NCBI GenBank assembly: GCA_964304625.1
Contig: OZ199839.1
Coordinates: 6,700,234-6,764,233 of the forward strand
Direction: 5' to 3'
DNA: 64,000 nucleotides
Source of the DNA: Kudoa neothunni
Taxonomy: Eukaryota; Animalia; Cnidaria
Position numbers and translations under genes: made by a program
The notes under the pieces: model-generated
Databases searched by the model: none
Seen by the model: the letters and a program-made list of their open reading frames with translations, nothing else
What the model was told of the DNA's origin: nothing
Shown here: positions 1 through 12,860 of the stretch, piece after piece
How the letters are laid out: each line of letters begins with the position of its first letter
Position numbering within the stretch: the first letter of the stretch is position 1

Positions 1-333
1 AAATAGTAAATTTTTTAAATGTTTTTTTGTGACTTTGAATACAAGAAAGTGATGGATGTAGATAACTATTATTTTCCGCTGCTGCTCCACCTATTAAATT
101 GTGATATTATGTTGTTTACTATTCAAACATAGTTAAGATGTTCTATAATATTTTTGCTTGCACAGGCTGGGACGGCCGGGGAAATAAGGTAGTGGATATT
201 GCAACGGATGGGTATATCTCCTAAAATAATGCTTTTATCCGAATTTTAATTTCAAAAATACATACAACAATAAATGAACTACTATTAAATAAATTTTCAC
301 AAGAAAATAAATTAGTCGACTTTTTACCTCTAA
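1..333 (-). CDS. Partial multi-exon gene of unknown product, running off the window start
   Basis: Minus strand shows exon-like blocks separated by GT..AG introns (gtatgt...ttttag). One reading gives DIPIRCNIHYLISPAVPACASKNIIEHL. The frame is uncertain and no homology was recognised. Confidence 0.3.
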
Positions 334-1932
334 TCTAAATTGGTTATGTATGCAGTCATTGTTTAATATTTTCCTTCAATAAATTCACATTGAAGTTAAT
401 GTATAAGTTATTTCAAAATTCTGTTATATTGATTTTATACAACAAGAAGTATCGATATATACGATGCGTTAATTAATAATACGCGAGCTCGCGTTAATGT
501 GGTTCGTTTGCAGAAATGATTGTGAACAAACTACTTTATGAGGTAATTCCAATTTAAATGATTAATTTTACATTAATTTTGTTGTTATAATTTTTATTAT
601 GGGCCCTTATCGAAAAAGATCGCCATTTATACTCTTAGCATTAATGTCGATCATGTGAAACATTACTATTTAATTTACTTTAATAAAGATAATTCCTGTC
701 AGCGAATATATACAGGTTAATTTTTCATTTAATCATAATGCTAAATTTAGTCACAGTGCACAAGTACAAGAAATTTCATAGGAAAAATTAAAACCTTATT
801 CAAAGTGCTTATAAAATGTATAAATCTATACAAACCAACATATGCCAACGTCTGCAGAATATTGCAATGAATTTATCCTTAGTTCAATAATTTCCATCAA
901 GATAATTGAAGCTACGTAAGACTTAATAGTGTTTAGGACTAGAAAAAATATTAAACATTGTTATAAAATGCTCATTTAAAATAATGTAGCTAACTTCAAG
1001 TAAAAGGCGATATTAACGAGAATAATTTGAAATACGATAATTAGGTATAAAATAACCAGCCGAATGAAAGAAGAAATAGTATTAATATAAGTATAATTTG
1101 CTCAAATAAACATTAGATATTAAGCGTTAAGCAAATTAAGACATAAATGAATGAAATTTCTGAAGCAATCTCAACCAAGTTACTTAATAATGACTTTTCT
1201 GAAGACGTGTATTATATGAAAAATGACCAACAGATAGATAAATGCGAAGTTGACGATAATTTAAATAATTAAATAATCATACAGAATTTTTTATTAATTT
1301 TGTATAGATTTAAAATTTTCCAGAAAATATGAACAGTAGGACGACCTAACGGTTGTGATCTAACAGTCATTAGATTATCTAAAAAGCGAAGATGAACAAT
1401 TTAAATTCATATAAAGTATACAAACAATAAAATATTCTATGAAATATATATTCATTAAATATTAATTTCATTTTCATTTCTTAGAACAGTAAAACAAGTT
1501 AAAAATCACAATTATTTTATCTTAAATCAGTTATATCTAATTTTATAGTAAAGTTAACTGAGAAAAATATTATTGCTTGTTTTTCCCTATTTTTAATTAA
1601 GAAAAGAACATAAAATTGACAGAAAAAAAGGAACTCATTAGAGTATTTTTAGCATGCTCCTAACTCTCCTTATAATTTCAACGTTCTTCCAAATTTCTTA
1701 TAAAAATTACACTACTTATAATCAATGTTAGTCAAAAAAATACAGATATAAATTTTTTAAGAAAATTACAACTGGTTGATGCATAATTGGCAAATTTAGA
1801 GGTAAAATGTCAACTAATCTATTTTCTTTCGAAATTTTACTTTATAATAGTTCATCTATTGTTATACGTATTTACGAAATCAAAATTTTGATAAAAGCAT
1901 TATTTTATGAGATATTCCCATCCGTTGCAATA
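197..1932. repeat. 137-bp inverted repeat pair (197-333 and 1796-1932)
   Basis: The reverse complement of 197-333 aligns without gaps to 1796-1932 with about 19 mismatches by hand count (about 86% identity). Confidence 0.85.
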
Positions 1933-2077
1933 ACCAGTGCGTTAATAAATATACATAAATGTCACTAAATCAATCAGATTAGTAAACTATGAATTGATTG
2001 AGTACTGAATATGCCTTAGCGAAGGCAATTCGTGCTTAGTATCATTTATAAACGACTTTCTTGCGTTATTGTGAATT

Positions 2078-3467
2078 ATGTTGGTGCTTTCATTATTTTC
2101 TCTCTGCTTAGCAGTTGTTATTGCGGGGTGAATGATTTAATTCTTTATTTATATTGTTTTATTTTTTAAAAAGAGAGAGCTTTACCTTCCTATGACAAAG
2201 ATGCAGGTCAGCCACCAGCTTGGTTGGCCACTGATGCTTTAAAAGCACAGGCTGCTGTCGAGAGATGGTATATTGACAAAGAGGATGCCACTTGCAAACC
2301 TTTTACTTATCTTGGATCTCTTGGAAACTTCAACAACTTTGTATCAAGATCTGCTTGCAATGAGCATCGTATATTTCGTTTACTTTGTTTAAACGTTTAA
2401 TACTGAAATAGTAAAATTCAAACCTGAAGAACAAGCTGGTGCATGTGGGTTAGAGAAAGCAGACGGAAATTGTAGCTTAACAGGCGATAAAATGTTAACA
2501 AGATAATACTATTAAATATTACTGTCGAAGGCAAACAAGCTTCATGTCACAAATTCAAATACAACGGATGTGGTGGAAATGCAAACAACTTTGCAACAGA
2601 GAAAGAATGTAAACAAGCTTGCCAAAGTAATTCTCTCATTTTTTAATGCAGAGTTTAGAATCAATCAAAATGATAAAAATTATTTTGCAATTATGTTTAT
2701 AGATACGGAGAACGGTGGGGGTAACAGGTGTGAACGACCCTACCAAATTGACAGCGACTCCAAATGAATTCGATTGCAAATTTGTACCCGAGGTAAAAAC
2801 TGCCGAACCCAAAATGGGAATTGTTCCCCACAAAGATGGAAATAGATGCGTTTATGCTGCTGTTGGAAAGACTGCCACAAGAGGATTTTTTCGGTGATTT
2901 ACCAAACTGCGTCAAGGCTTGCATAAGTATATAACTCGAAATTTGAAATAAATTATTTATCTCAAATAGAAAATAAAGTTACGGCCTGCAATGCTGAAGG
3001 TCCACATCAAGTAGAACCTACCAACGAAATCACCGCTACATCCGATGTAACTACATATTACTATTTCAACAAAACCTTAGCATTATGCTTACCCTTCATG
3101 TCAAAAACAGTTGTAACTGGTGATCCAAAAATTGACGATGGTACATTGAACATATTTAGCTCTGTTGAGTTATGTGCAAGTTTTTGTCCCGCAAGTATGA
3201 ATGTAATTTTGAATAAAATGTAGTAATATTAACGTAGCCGGACACGTTGGTCAATTAACTGCAGTTGAAGCTTGTTTATTGCCACAAGCTGGATTGTCAA
3301 GTAACACTGATAAATACAAAATTAGTAGGCACTACTACAATCCAACTGCATCCAGTACTAAATGCACACAGTTTAACTTTAACGGAAGAGACATGAACCT
3401 AAATAATTTCAAAGATTTAACAGATTGCAAAGCTATTTGCGAAACTCCATTGACAGGTGCATCTTAG
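2078..3467 (+). CDS. Secreted multi-Kunitz (5 BPTI/Kunitz domains) protein, 6 exons, with apparent frameshifts
   Basis: Signal peptide [17 protein letters not shown], then one Kunitz domain per exon: [32 protein letters not shown]; [26 protein letters not shown]; [20 protein letters not shown]; [27 protein letters not shown]; [38 protein letters not shown]. Frame breaks near 2501-2520, ~2710 and ~2890. Confidence 0.85.
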
Positions 3468-4181
3468 TTGTCAAGGCTAAATTTTGATTCATAAATATTC
3501 CATTAATTTTATTAGTTTATAGACGAAATAATATTTTTTTACTATGACATTAGTAGATGAGTGGATAATCTCTGCGTACCTGTTGAAAATATCATTCTTA
3601 TATCATTATGTATCATAATTAAAAATAACTAAATTATCAGGAAGAAATAATATTGTTTAATTATGAATAATCCTAGAATGAGCAATTATTATTTTAATAA
3701 TTTTTTTAATTCAAAAAGATCACCCTAAATAATTCAGGCAGTATGTATTTACATATTCATTAGTAGCGCATATTACAAGGAAAGTTGTGAATAAAATTAT
3801 AGTACACATAAAAATTCAAAAAAAAAATTTTTTTAATTAAACTGCCAGTAAAAAAAAGAAATTTAAAATATAATAAGCAAATAGCAACAATAAAATTATG
3901 TCTGATAAAAAGGATTATAAAGGGCAAATAAAATAATTTCAAAAAATTTTCAAAAAAATTCATTAATTATAAAATGATACTTTTTACGAAACAACTAAAC
4001 AATATGCAGAAAAAAGTGACATCATACAAAAATTAATTACAAATCAAAACACAAAAATTAACATAATACATAATAAAATCGCGAAAATCTTACGAATGAG
4101 ATCTTTTTTCTTGAAACATTTCGTCTAAAAATGAAAGCAAATGAAAAATTTGAGGTTTACGTAAGGAACGAAAAAGCGAAA

Positions 4182-4253
4182 TTCCGGTACGGGGAATCGA
4201 ACCCCGGCCACCACGGTGAGAGCGTGGTATCATAGCCACTAGACAATACCGGA
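4182..4253 (-). tRNA. tRNA-Glu (anticodon CTC)
   Basis: Minus strand reads TCCGGTATTGTCTAGTGGCTATGATACCACG-CT-CTC-AC-CGTGGTGGCCGGGGTTCGATTCCCCGTACCGGA-A. It forms a full cloverleaf with A and B boxes, has no encoded CCA, and has a T5 Pol III terminator just downstream (aaaaa at 4171-4175 on plus). Confidence 0.96.
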
Positions 4254-4291
4254 GTCACCAGCGCCTGGTGAATTAACTACATTTAAATTTA

Positions 4292-6403
4292 TTAAAAATT
4301 GTAAAAAATACCAGAATCCGAACCAGTAGACTTGTTGTGATGTAGAAATGTGGAAACTACTGAATGACGTCTTGAAGAATTTTTTCTAATTTTTGCTGAA
4401 GTGATCGAACCCAATTGAGATTGATGTGAAGTCAAACTATTGTACTCTCTTACAAAGATATCCAATTTACTGGTTAAGGTCATGTCAATTGTAGAGTTAT
4501 TGGATTTCCCTGAAGGAAATGGAATAGAATCGCCTATGACGAGGGATTCCGAAAGGAACCACCTAAATAAGAATAGACGATACCATCTACATATGGATTG
4601 GTATTCTAATTAGAATACTCCGAATTTTTTATATTTTCGATTGACAAGCGATTATCAGGGTTTTTAACGAGGATATTTTTTATAAGCCATTCCACTCCGC
4701 CGTTAATATCGTTTTCTATGGGTGGTATTGTATATTCACAGCGACACACAGTTTCAATAATTTTATAAATATTAGTTTCGCCAAATGGAAGTGTTCCAAT
4801 AACCATAAAGTATCTATATGGAGGAGGATTCAAACAAAGACAAACGGATTATTTCATTAGATTACAAGCAAACCCCGCAACCCCAAATATCCAACTTGTC
4901 GCCAGGAAACGGGCGAATACATAAATTAACTTCTGGCGGTTGGAAAATAGGAGTGCCTTGGCTATCGTTACAATTGAGATTAGGACTAAATATGTTTAAT
5001 TTCTAAATTTATAAATGTCACCACAGCATTCAACACTAAACTCAAGCCCACCTCTGATACTCCAAAATCGCATATTTTTAAGATTTGACCCAAATTAATC
5101 AACAGATTTGCAGGTTTAATATCTAAAATATTATCATTTTGCATATGTAGTATATAAAATTAAGATGGCCTACTAAACACGGCAGGAAATAATCAGTTAT
5201 ATATAATTATCATTCTTATTTTTAGTTACATTTGTTCAAAGAATAAAATAGTTTGAAAATAATTTAACTAATAAAATACTTAAAATTCAAGATTAAATAT
5301 CACATTTGAAAGGGTTGTTAATTTAGCCCTATATTTCCGCGCATGCGTGAACAATGTTAAGATGAACTTGCCGTTTCACTAGCCCCAACCATGCAATATT
5401 ACTATTGATATATTACCTTTGTGGAGAATTGACTGTGAGTGAAGATATTCCACACCAATAATAAGCTGTTTAAAATAGCTAGAAAAATATAAGTTTAAAA
5501 TTCATTATTTATATGATATATTCAAATAACTATTTCTGTTTTATATTAAAATATTTTTTAATTTATAATATAATTTATTGAGTCAGTTAATTTAAATATT
5601 TCATAAAATAATTTTAAAAAATCGGAAAATTAAAATATTTACTGATGAGCTTGCCATAAAGGAAACTTTAAAATTTGATCATTCACCCGCAGCATACTCA
5701 TAATATCACAGACACAGTAATCTATGACGAGGTATCTAAAAAAGAATATTAACAATATAAATTTGAACTCCACTCAAAGTTGATGGATCGATCAATTTAT
5801 TACATTGTTTCTTTAGTTTGATCACACATAACGTCATATAATTTGATGATATTTTTATGGTTTAATGTTCGTAGAATTCTAATCTCACTACCGAAGGTAG
5901 TAAATTTGGAAAAATAACAAAAAATACGTTTCTACGGAACCATCTCCATCAGGGATTTTTTTAAGCATTTTCCGTTTGATCAGTTTTATAGCCCTACGAA
6001 CAAGGAATTCGGTATCAAATATTTCTTTCACTTTTGAATAGCTCCCTTTCCCTAAAGTTTTGCCAACCAAATATCTATCTATACATTTGAATGGCTTTGT
6101 TTCTTCCTCAATCATCTGAATATTGAAGTTGTCCATTTCGATAGGATTGAATTGTTGGCTGATTGTTGTGGTGTTATCGGGGTTGGTATCTTTGTTGTCG
6201 CGTATAATTTGACTTTTCCATGGATATTCATTGTTTTCATCGCCAAAATTATTATGATTCATCTCTACTGAATGTGTCGGCGCATGATGATTCTGCAGGT
6301 ACTCAGATATATTGGCCCCTCTGTTCAACCCATAGTCTCCATGCCTATCCCCAGGCAGTCCCGTTTTGCGTTGTTTTGGCTTGATCAAGCTTATATTTCT
6401 CAT
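4292..6403 (-). CDS. STK11: Serine/threonine kinase LKB1/STK11 (PAR-4), multi-exon, intact
   Basis: Spliced reading [123 protein letters not shown]. The RRAxK, HKDIKP, PxxQAHxYFxQL and SQGxPxFQPPE motifs are typical of LKB1. All introns are GT-AG and in frame. Confidence 0.92.
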
Positions 6404-9055
6404 GCACCCTTAATCTTAATAGTTTGTGTATTCATAGTTTTGTTAAACATCAACTAAACAAATATACGACGAGAAGGTGTTAAGATAAGAATGAAATAAT
6501 TTCTCCAAAACTTTAAGTTAATCCTTTTTATAGGATTTCTACATGGTGGATTATATTTCCAAACCAGACGTCATTACATTAGAAACCAATATGTAATTAA
6601 TCCCAAGTTAGATATGCGCTCGCGCCATATAAATATTTTTATTCTCTAACGAGATTTGGAGTTAACACTTCAACTCATACGTGAAACTTTCATAAAATAA
6701 TTATCCGAAAATATTTTACAATTATTTTTCTATTTCTATAGAAAGTTAATTTATATAAATATATATCAGTTCATTTTTAAATTGATATTCAACTTTTTTA
6801 TTGCTATTTATACGATTAGATAAAGTTAGGGTTGTTCCTGACGTCACTTGTAAACAAATATGGACATCTAAACTTTTGGTATTTAAAAGTAATATTGTTC
6901 GCGCTTGCGCAAAAATTCTCTGTAATTGATCTAGTGAATATATTTATGAATAAATATTATCTAAATAATTTAGGGGAAATTTAATATTGATTATTTAAAT
7001 GTTAATTTAATCGAATGTGAGTTAAATAAACTACGAAATTATATCAAATAATTGATTAAAATGCAATTTTGTAATTGATAAAGGTGATAGATTAATTGTT
7101 TTTAATTAAAATTTGCCTTAAAATATGCTCTTAATTTTTTTGTAATTTGAATGTGTAAAGATACTCTATATGTCAATAATATTGAATGTTATTATAAATA
7201 ACGAAATTTTACAAATTGAAAAAGATATTTTGAAATGAGATTTTTTGATTTATTCATTGAGTCGAGTATCTGCAATTTTATAATGGTATCGATACTAGCC
7301 AAAACTTGGAATATCGCCAGAAAATTAACTAGTTTTAAATTAATTTGATGCAAATAACTTAGATATAACTTGGTTTATCAAACGATTATTTAACTTTAAA
7401 TCAATATTTTACTAATCGATATTTTTTCATATCCAATAGTTTTTTCATTTTTGAACGTAGAATTCTATTGTATTTTTTACTTTTTTTGATAATAATATTT
7501 TTATAATTAAAAATTGCAAAAATTAAATAATTTTATGTACATTGGGGTAATAACTGTATTGTTTAAAAGAAGAATAATTAATAATTATTTAATAAATTAT
7601 TTAATTATGAAATGTGGTTATTTTTATGAATAAATTTATTGCATATACTTAAATTTGTCTTAGATTATTTCATGTTGTCAAACATATTTTTAAGATAAAA
7701 CATACTTTACATTTAAATTAAAATTAAAAAAGTATAAACTTGAAATAAATGTTTTCAATCTCTATCAAATGCTGATGAGCCCAGTTATATGTTATACAGA
7801 ATTATAATGGTAACTGGCAATCCACAATAATATGAAAAAAAGCGCACATTGAAAGGACAATAAAATCGAATCACTCTGATTAAAAACAAAATATTTAAAT
7901 ATACATCTTTTAATATAAATAAAAGCATATTTAGATATAGACACTTTGTAATACATTCAAAAGTGGTTGGTATCAATATTATTTTTACTTATAAATGAAT
8001 CAAAATACATTAATTTATATTTTTAATCGCTAAAAATTAAAATTATTTTAATGTAAGTGGAATTTAAACTTTACGTAATAAAATTAATAATAAATTAGAA
8101 TTAAAGAAATATAACGATAAGATCAAAAATTTTTGATAAATAAATCAACATAATCTAAAACAATTTAGAGAAGAAATAGTTTATTATTTTCAAATGTTAA
8201 AAATAATTATTTAATCGTTTACAATCGATTCAAAGCGAAAATCTTCGATAATAAAATATTTAACTTGGTTGGAGTTTAATTACTCCACCAAACTTTTTTA
8301 CTTGATTTGACAAACTTGACGATCAATTAAATGGTTATAAAATTATATTTACTTTTATTTTTACTTAAAATTATAAACATCTATTGTTTTCTCTCTACCT
8401 CAAAGGTGATTTTGTAATAAAGGAGATTTTGGAGGATATACAAATTCTAGATTCTTATATTTACGTTATTTATATAAACGAAAACTTGGGTAACATATAT
8501 ATTAGATCAATATTGAGATATATGAAACAACAACATAAATTTAATTATTAAATTGAAAAAATTCTTAATGCAAAAATATCAATATAAATGTATAATAACA
8601 TTATTTAATAACTATATAACGTTTACATTAGAAAATAGCATTATTCTGTATATATTTTTCAATCTATTATTGTTTAGAAATTAATTATATAAATAAAAAA
8701 TGATGAGTTTTTTATATATCGTATATAAAACAAAAAACAGACTAAATTAGGGAATTGGGGGCATCATAACCCATTTAAAGTTAAATCTAAAATATTAAAC
8801 GTGTCTTCGAATTATTTTAGTGTTAAAAGATAAAATTGCAAATAAGAGTGAATAATTAATGATCAATAAAAGTTTCATCATATAATTCTTTAATTAGATG
8901 ACGATGCTTATCACGATCGTGAATCAATTTCAAATATGTCTATGTTATATTAAGTTAATTTTGTAGCGTCCGAAAACCACCAACCATTTTTAAATGCGAC
9001 TTATAACATTTATTAATTCATTAAATGAATATATCATTTTATTTATATCAAATCA

Positions 9056-9086
<31 letters not shown>

Positions 9087-9183
9087 ATCAAATTTCTCTA
9101 ATAAGAAAAATATTATACGATGTTGGCTTTGTCTCAGAGTCGATTTTGTTACGATGTGTCGTCGATATATATATATATATATA
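9056..9183. repeat. (TA)n microsatellites (also 19263-19292 and 32782-32803)
   Basis: Pure TA dinucleotide runs are visible directly. Confidence 0.9.
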
Positions 9184-10200
9184 AACATATATATGAAATT
9201 TAAAAATATGTTTGTTAAAAAAGATACAGTACTCCTATTCTTATTAGGAGTCAATATAGAGGCAAAAATTACTACTCCTTATATTCTATATAAACGAATG
9301 TTTAAAAATTAAATGAATAACAATATATTTAGCGTTATGTCACCTTATATTTTGGTTAGATGAAGAATGAGAAGTTAAAATCAATGTGTTATATAAACGT
9401 AATAAGTCATTTGTTTATTATAAATATGATCTTAAGGCAGATATAAAGTATTATTCGTTTAGTATTAAATAAAATTAAAAAAAATTAAAAATTAATATAG
9501 GGAATGTCGAGATAGAATAATTGTTCTATCAACGAAACGTCGATTTAATATATTAATATGCTTGCGCAGTTATATTTTGTGCTCTGAATTGATTCTGCCT
9601 CTATGAATAAATCGTATAATAGCTATAACAGTTTTTATACATTTATGGAGTGAATTGCATTCAGTGTATATTGTGATGGAACATACAGAGGAATTTATTT
9701 CTAAATTCATAGGGTAATTCAGGAGAAAATGCTAAATTAGTACCATTAACACATTTAATATTATTTAATCGATATTAAGGAAAGTGTATGTGGTCTGTAG
9801 ATAATGCAAACAGCATTAAAGTGTTAATTTTACGAGTAATATTCCTCATATATGTACTAAGAAATTCGTACACAAATTAATATTGTGAAGAATTCACACC
9901 ATATATCAAAAAATATTTGTTTCTAATTTAACTCGTGGACTGTATTTTATTGAATTATTTCGAATAAGTTTAATTAGCCAATATAGTGTAACATAGCAGT
10001 AATCACTTGATATACATTATACAACATATGAAAGGTGAGGTCCAATCTAATTGAGGGTTTTTGAATATTGCAATATATGCATCAATAAAATCAATATTCG
10101 GCTCGATTCTATTCGATATGACGGATATTCCATAGCATACACAGAACGATTATCGGCTCATAGAGTTTATATTGATCTAAATTATTGTGTGCAGTTGGTG

Positions 10201-10850
10201 ATGTTTTTTAATGTATTCCCTACGTTGAGGTAGTTTATTTATTTCAACTCTCACATCACTTCAAACAACTACTAAAATTATTCTAATCATTTTAATTACT
10301 TTAAATCTAAAAAACTCATAAACTGTGAACATATGTCTAACTTTAGTGCTATAGAGATATCTCATCAGAAGAGAACAGTGAAGATTGTGATGGAAGCCAC
10401 AATAGCGATTGTGTAGTCAATGACAAAATTCTACTAGATCTTACCATTCGAGGAAAAACATTTCAAGCTTTTATCAATCTCAACAATGATTATACACTAA
10501 TTAGCGATCAATGCTACAGAAAATTGCGCTCGAATCGTGACTTCACATATCGAACATTTTCAACTCGAAGATCTCAAAAAGCACCAACGGAAAATAACTG
10601 TTATAGTGTCATACTTGACTTTACAATTGGTGATGGTGTTTGGAGTTCCCCTTTCCTATTGAATTCAGGTGCTGAATTCAATGGTGCTGACATCATCATG
10701 GGAAGAGATACAGTGGATATCTTGGATTTTTATCTGGGCAAAAAACAAGAATATTATCCACTTGAAATGCACGCAAAGGGCCGAATTGTAGTTATGGATG
10801 AAATGGGTTTCGATGTTCTTCACTACTATATACCCAAATCCATCCTTTAA
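10201..10850 (+). CDS. Retropepsin-like (retroviral/DDI1-type aspartic protease fold) protein lacking the catalytic D(S/T)G; probably 2 exons (10201-10229, 10355-10850)
   Basis: The frame of ORF 10524 stays open upstream: ILLDLTIRGKTFQAFINLNNDYTLISDQCYRKL...YSVILDFTIGDGVWSSPFLL..ADIIMGRDTVDIL. This matches the retropepsin pattern v.i.G..v.aliDtGA..slis...dil.G.D.l, with NLN at the DTG position. Intron gtagtt..ctatag joins in frame. Confidence 0.6.
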
Positions 10851-11269
10851 CACCCACCGTGTATATTATTGTCATTGGACAACATTTTAAAACACATGTA
10901 CTACTGTATAAATATTTTCTGTATGGTGTGGATTGTTTGTGATATTTTTCAAGAAGGAAATAAAAGCATTTTTTCATGATCTTAAATTAGTTCCTCCGCT
11001 AATGGGATTATTTAGAATTTTTTTATTACATGATAATTTTTATATCCGCAAGTCTACCAATTTTCTTCTGACTTTATTCCTCACTCTGACTTACAGTAAT
11101 AAACTCCTAATCCAACCTTCAATATACATTCGTCGAATCTCCATATTTCGTGACAGTCATATGTACACAATCAAGTCCAAATAAATGGAAATAACTGTCA
11201 TTTTTTGTTTAAATAAAATATAACCATGAAAATTTAACAGAAAAACTTGAAATTCCTCGACAATTGGAT

Positions 11270-11900
11270 TAGTGATAGAACGATATCATCGTCTAAATAC
11301 ATTCAACGAAGCCTTTATTTTGTTAAAAGACAGTCCTGACCGTCTCACAAAGTGATACCTATGAGTAGCTACGCTATGAATGTATTCAAAATTTGTAACG
11401 TTACTATAACCTTTCCAATTATCAGTTATATAGTTGAATTTTCCTGAACTTTTCTTTAGATACAATGTTCGTTTTAGTTGTTAACTCCAAAAAAGTACTC
11501 CCCCTCCCGTCGATCCTACCAAATATCCAATATTGTTTGTTTAAAAGAAGCCTTTAGATGCACTTCGAACCCGCATAATCGCATAACCGTCGGTCTGCAC
11601 AGCACATTCTCCATTTAATTTTTCATGAATTCCTGTAATTTATATTGTAATTATGCTTCCTCTTTAGTTCTTTAAGTTCTGCGACAATTTTACTGAGAGA
11701 TATGCCAAAATTATTTTTTAAATCCTTCGTATATAATATTCTTAAATTGGATGTTTAAACGAAAAAATCAATTTTTCAAAATAGACCCATTTCTTATTAA
11801 GTATTTACTTTTACACCTTAGACATTATAACATAACTCTATCATCTAATTTTACGTCTTGAATAAGAGACACTATATCGGCACCTACACATTTAGTTGTA
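11270..11900 (-). mobile_element. Merlin/IS1595(ISXO2)-family transposase relic, copy 1
   Basis: Broken frames give CLRCKSKYLIRNGSI (Zn ribbon), AVQTDG, QYWIFGRID, and VQENSTI.TDNWKGYSNV..EYIHSVATHRYHFV..SGLSFNKIK, which are ISXO2 DDE motifs. Stops and frameshifts are present. Confidence 0.75.
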
Positions 11901-12329
11901 GATCTTTATAGAGTTAAATTTTTTTAACTTAATTGTTATATAATTGGCATCATTATAAAAATAAGCAAAATATAACATAAAAGGTTAAATTAGAATATAC
12001 GTGTAATGTTGGGAAGAAATTTTTGCGTGCTCGGGAAAAATAGGATATATTTTTAATTTGCAAATATATTCATTATGTATTTAGTGAGGGTACTCAATTC
12101 CTTTTTAATATTTTGTCTCAAACAAATTGTCAGATATATAGTCGCCCAGGTTCTAGGGTATCTTATTAATGGAATTCTGGTACTTTCACTTGAATGTTCC
12201 TCAAATATATTCTAAGCGAATTGTATAACTTATCACAAAAGAAATTAACCATCGTTAATGGATAAAAGTTCCATGGATTAATATCAAATATTTTAAATTG
12301 GTGTAACCGGGCCAATCGTCCATTCGTAC

Positions 12330-12860
12330 GGTCGAGCCCAACTTGACATCATCTAAAATAATATTTTCGAGAGTTTATCTGCGTCAAATCTTTTAAATTT
12401 CTAAAAAACGTCTCCTTCTTCACCGATTTCACCTATTATTTAATATTACTGACCCTTTAAAAGCTTACCTGCACCGTATTTTCTTTTTGAGAGGACGGTT
12501 CCATCAATCTGGGCGATTATTTCTTCTTCATCAATTTCAACGGGTTCTTCGTCTAATTTTAATGTCGTTATGTTCCCAACAATGGGATTTAATTCTAATA
12601 TTTTTAGATTTGTTGATACATATCGAAATGCGGATGCAAACCTTCATAGGGCATATTTGGATGATGGCATCAATCGCAATAAAAATTATCCACAAAAAGC
12701 CTCGACATTTCAAATATTGTCCTATTTTGAATGAAACATCTTTTCCTGCAAACAATGCACTTGAACAGGTTCTCGTCGTTTACATCCTTCCTAACCGTCC
12801 TGTACATATTCTCACCATACATACACGTACAAAAATAATGCAAAAATCACACATTTTGGA
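12330..12860 (-). mobile_element. Merlin/IS1595(ISXO2)-family transposase relic, copy 2
   Basis: LFKCIVCRKRCFIQNRTIFEMSRL (Zn ribbon) and IIAQIDGTVLSKRKYGAGK (the iVEIDE..f.krKy..Gr motif); degraded. Confidence 0.7.

Noticed and set aside
2501-2520. In-frame TAA codons where Tyr is expected (stop-codon reassignment?)
   Set aside because: The segment is also out of frame, TAA terminates AGL, GTF2H1, STK11 and asnA normally, and no in-frame stops were seen in the intact genes.
7785-9312. Short ORFs in very AT-rich DNA (also 3760, 20856, 25492, 27578, 33893-34902, 38140-38368)
   Set aside because: Low-complexity I/F/K/N/Y composition, often spanning microsatellites or introns, with no motifs; these are chance ORFs.
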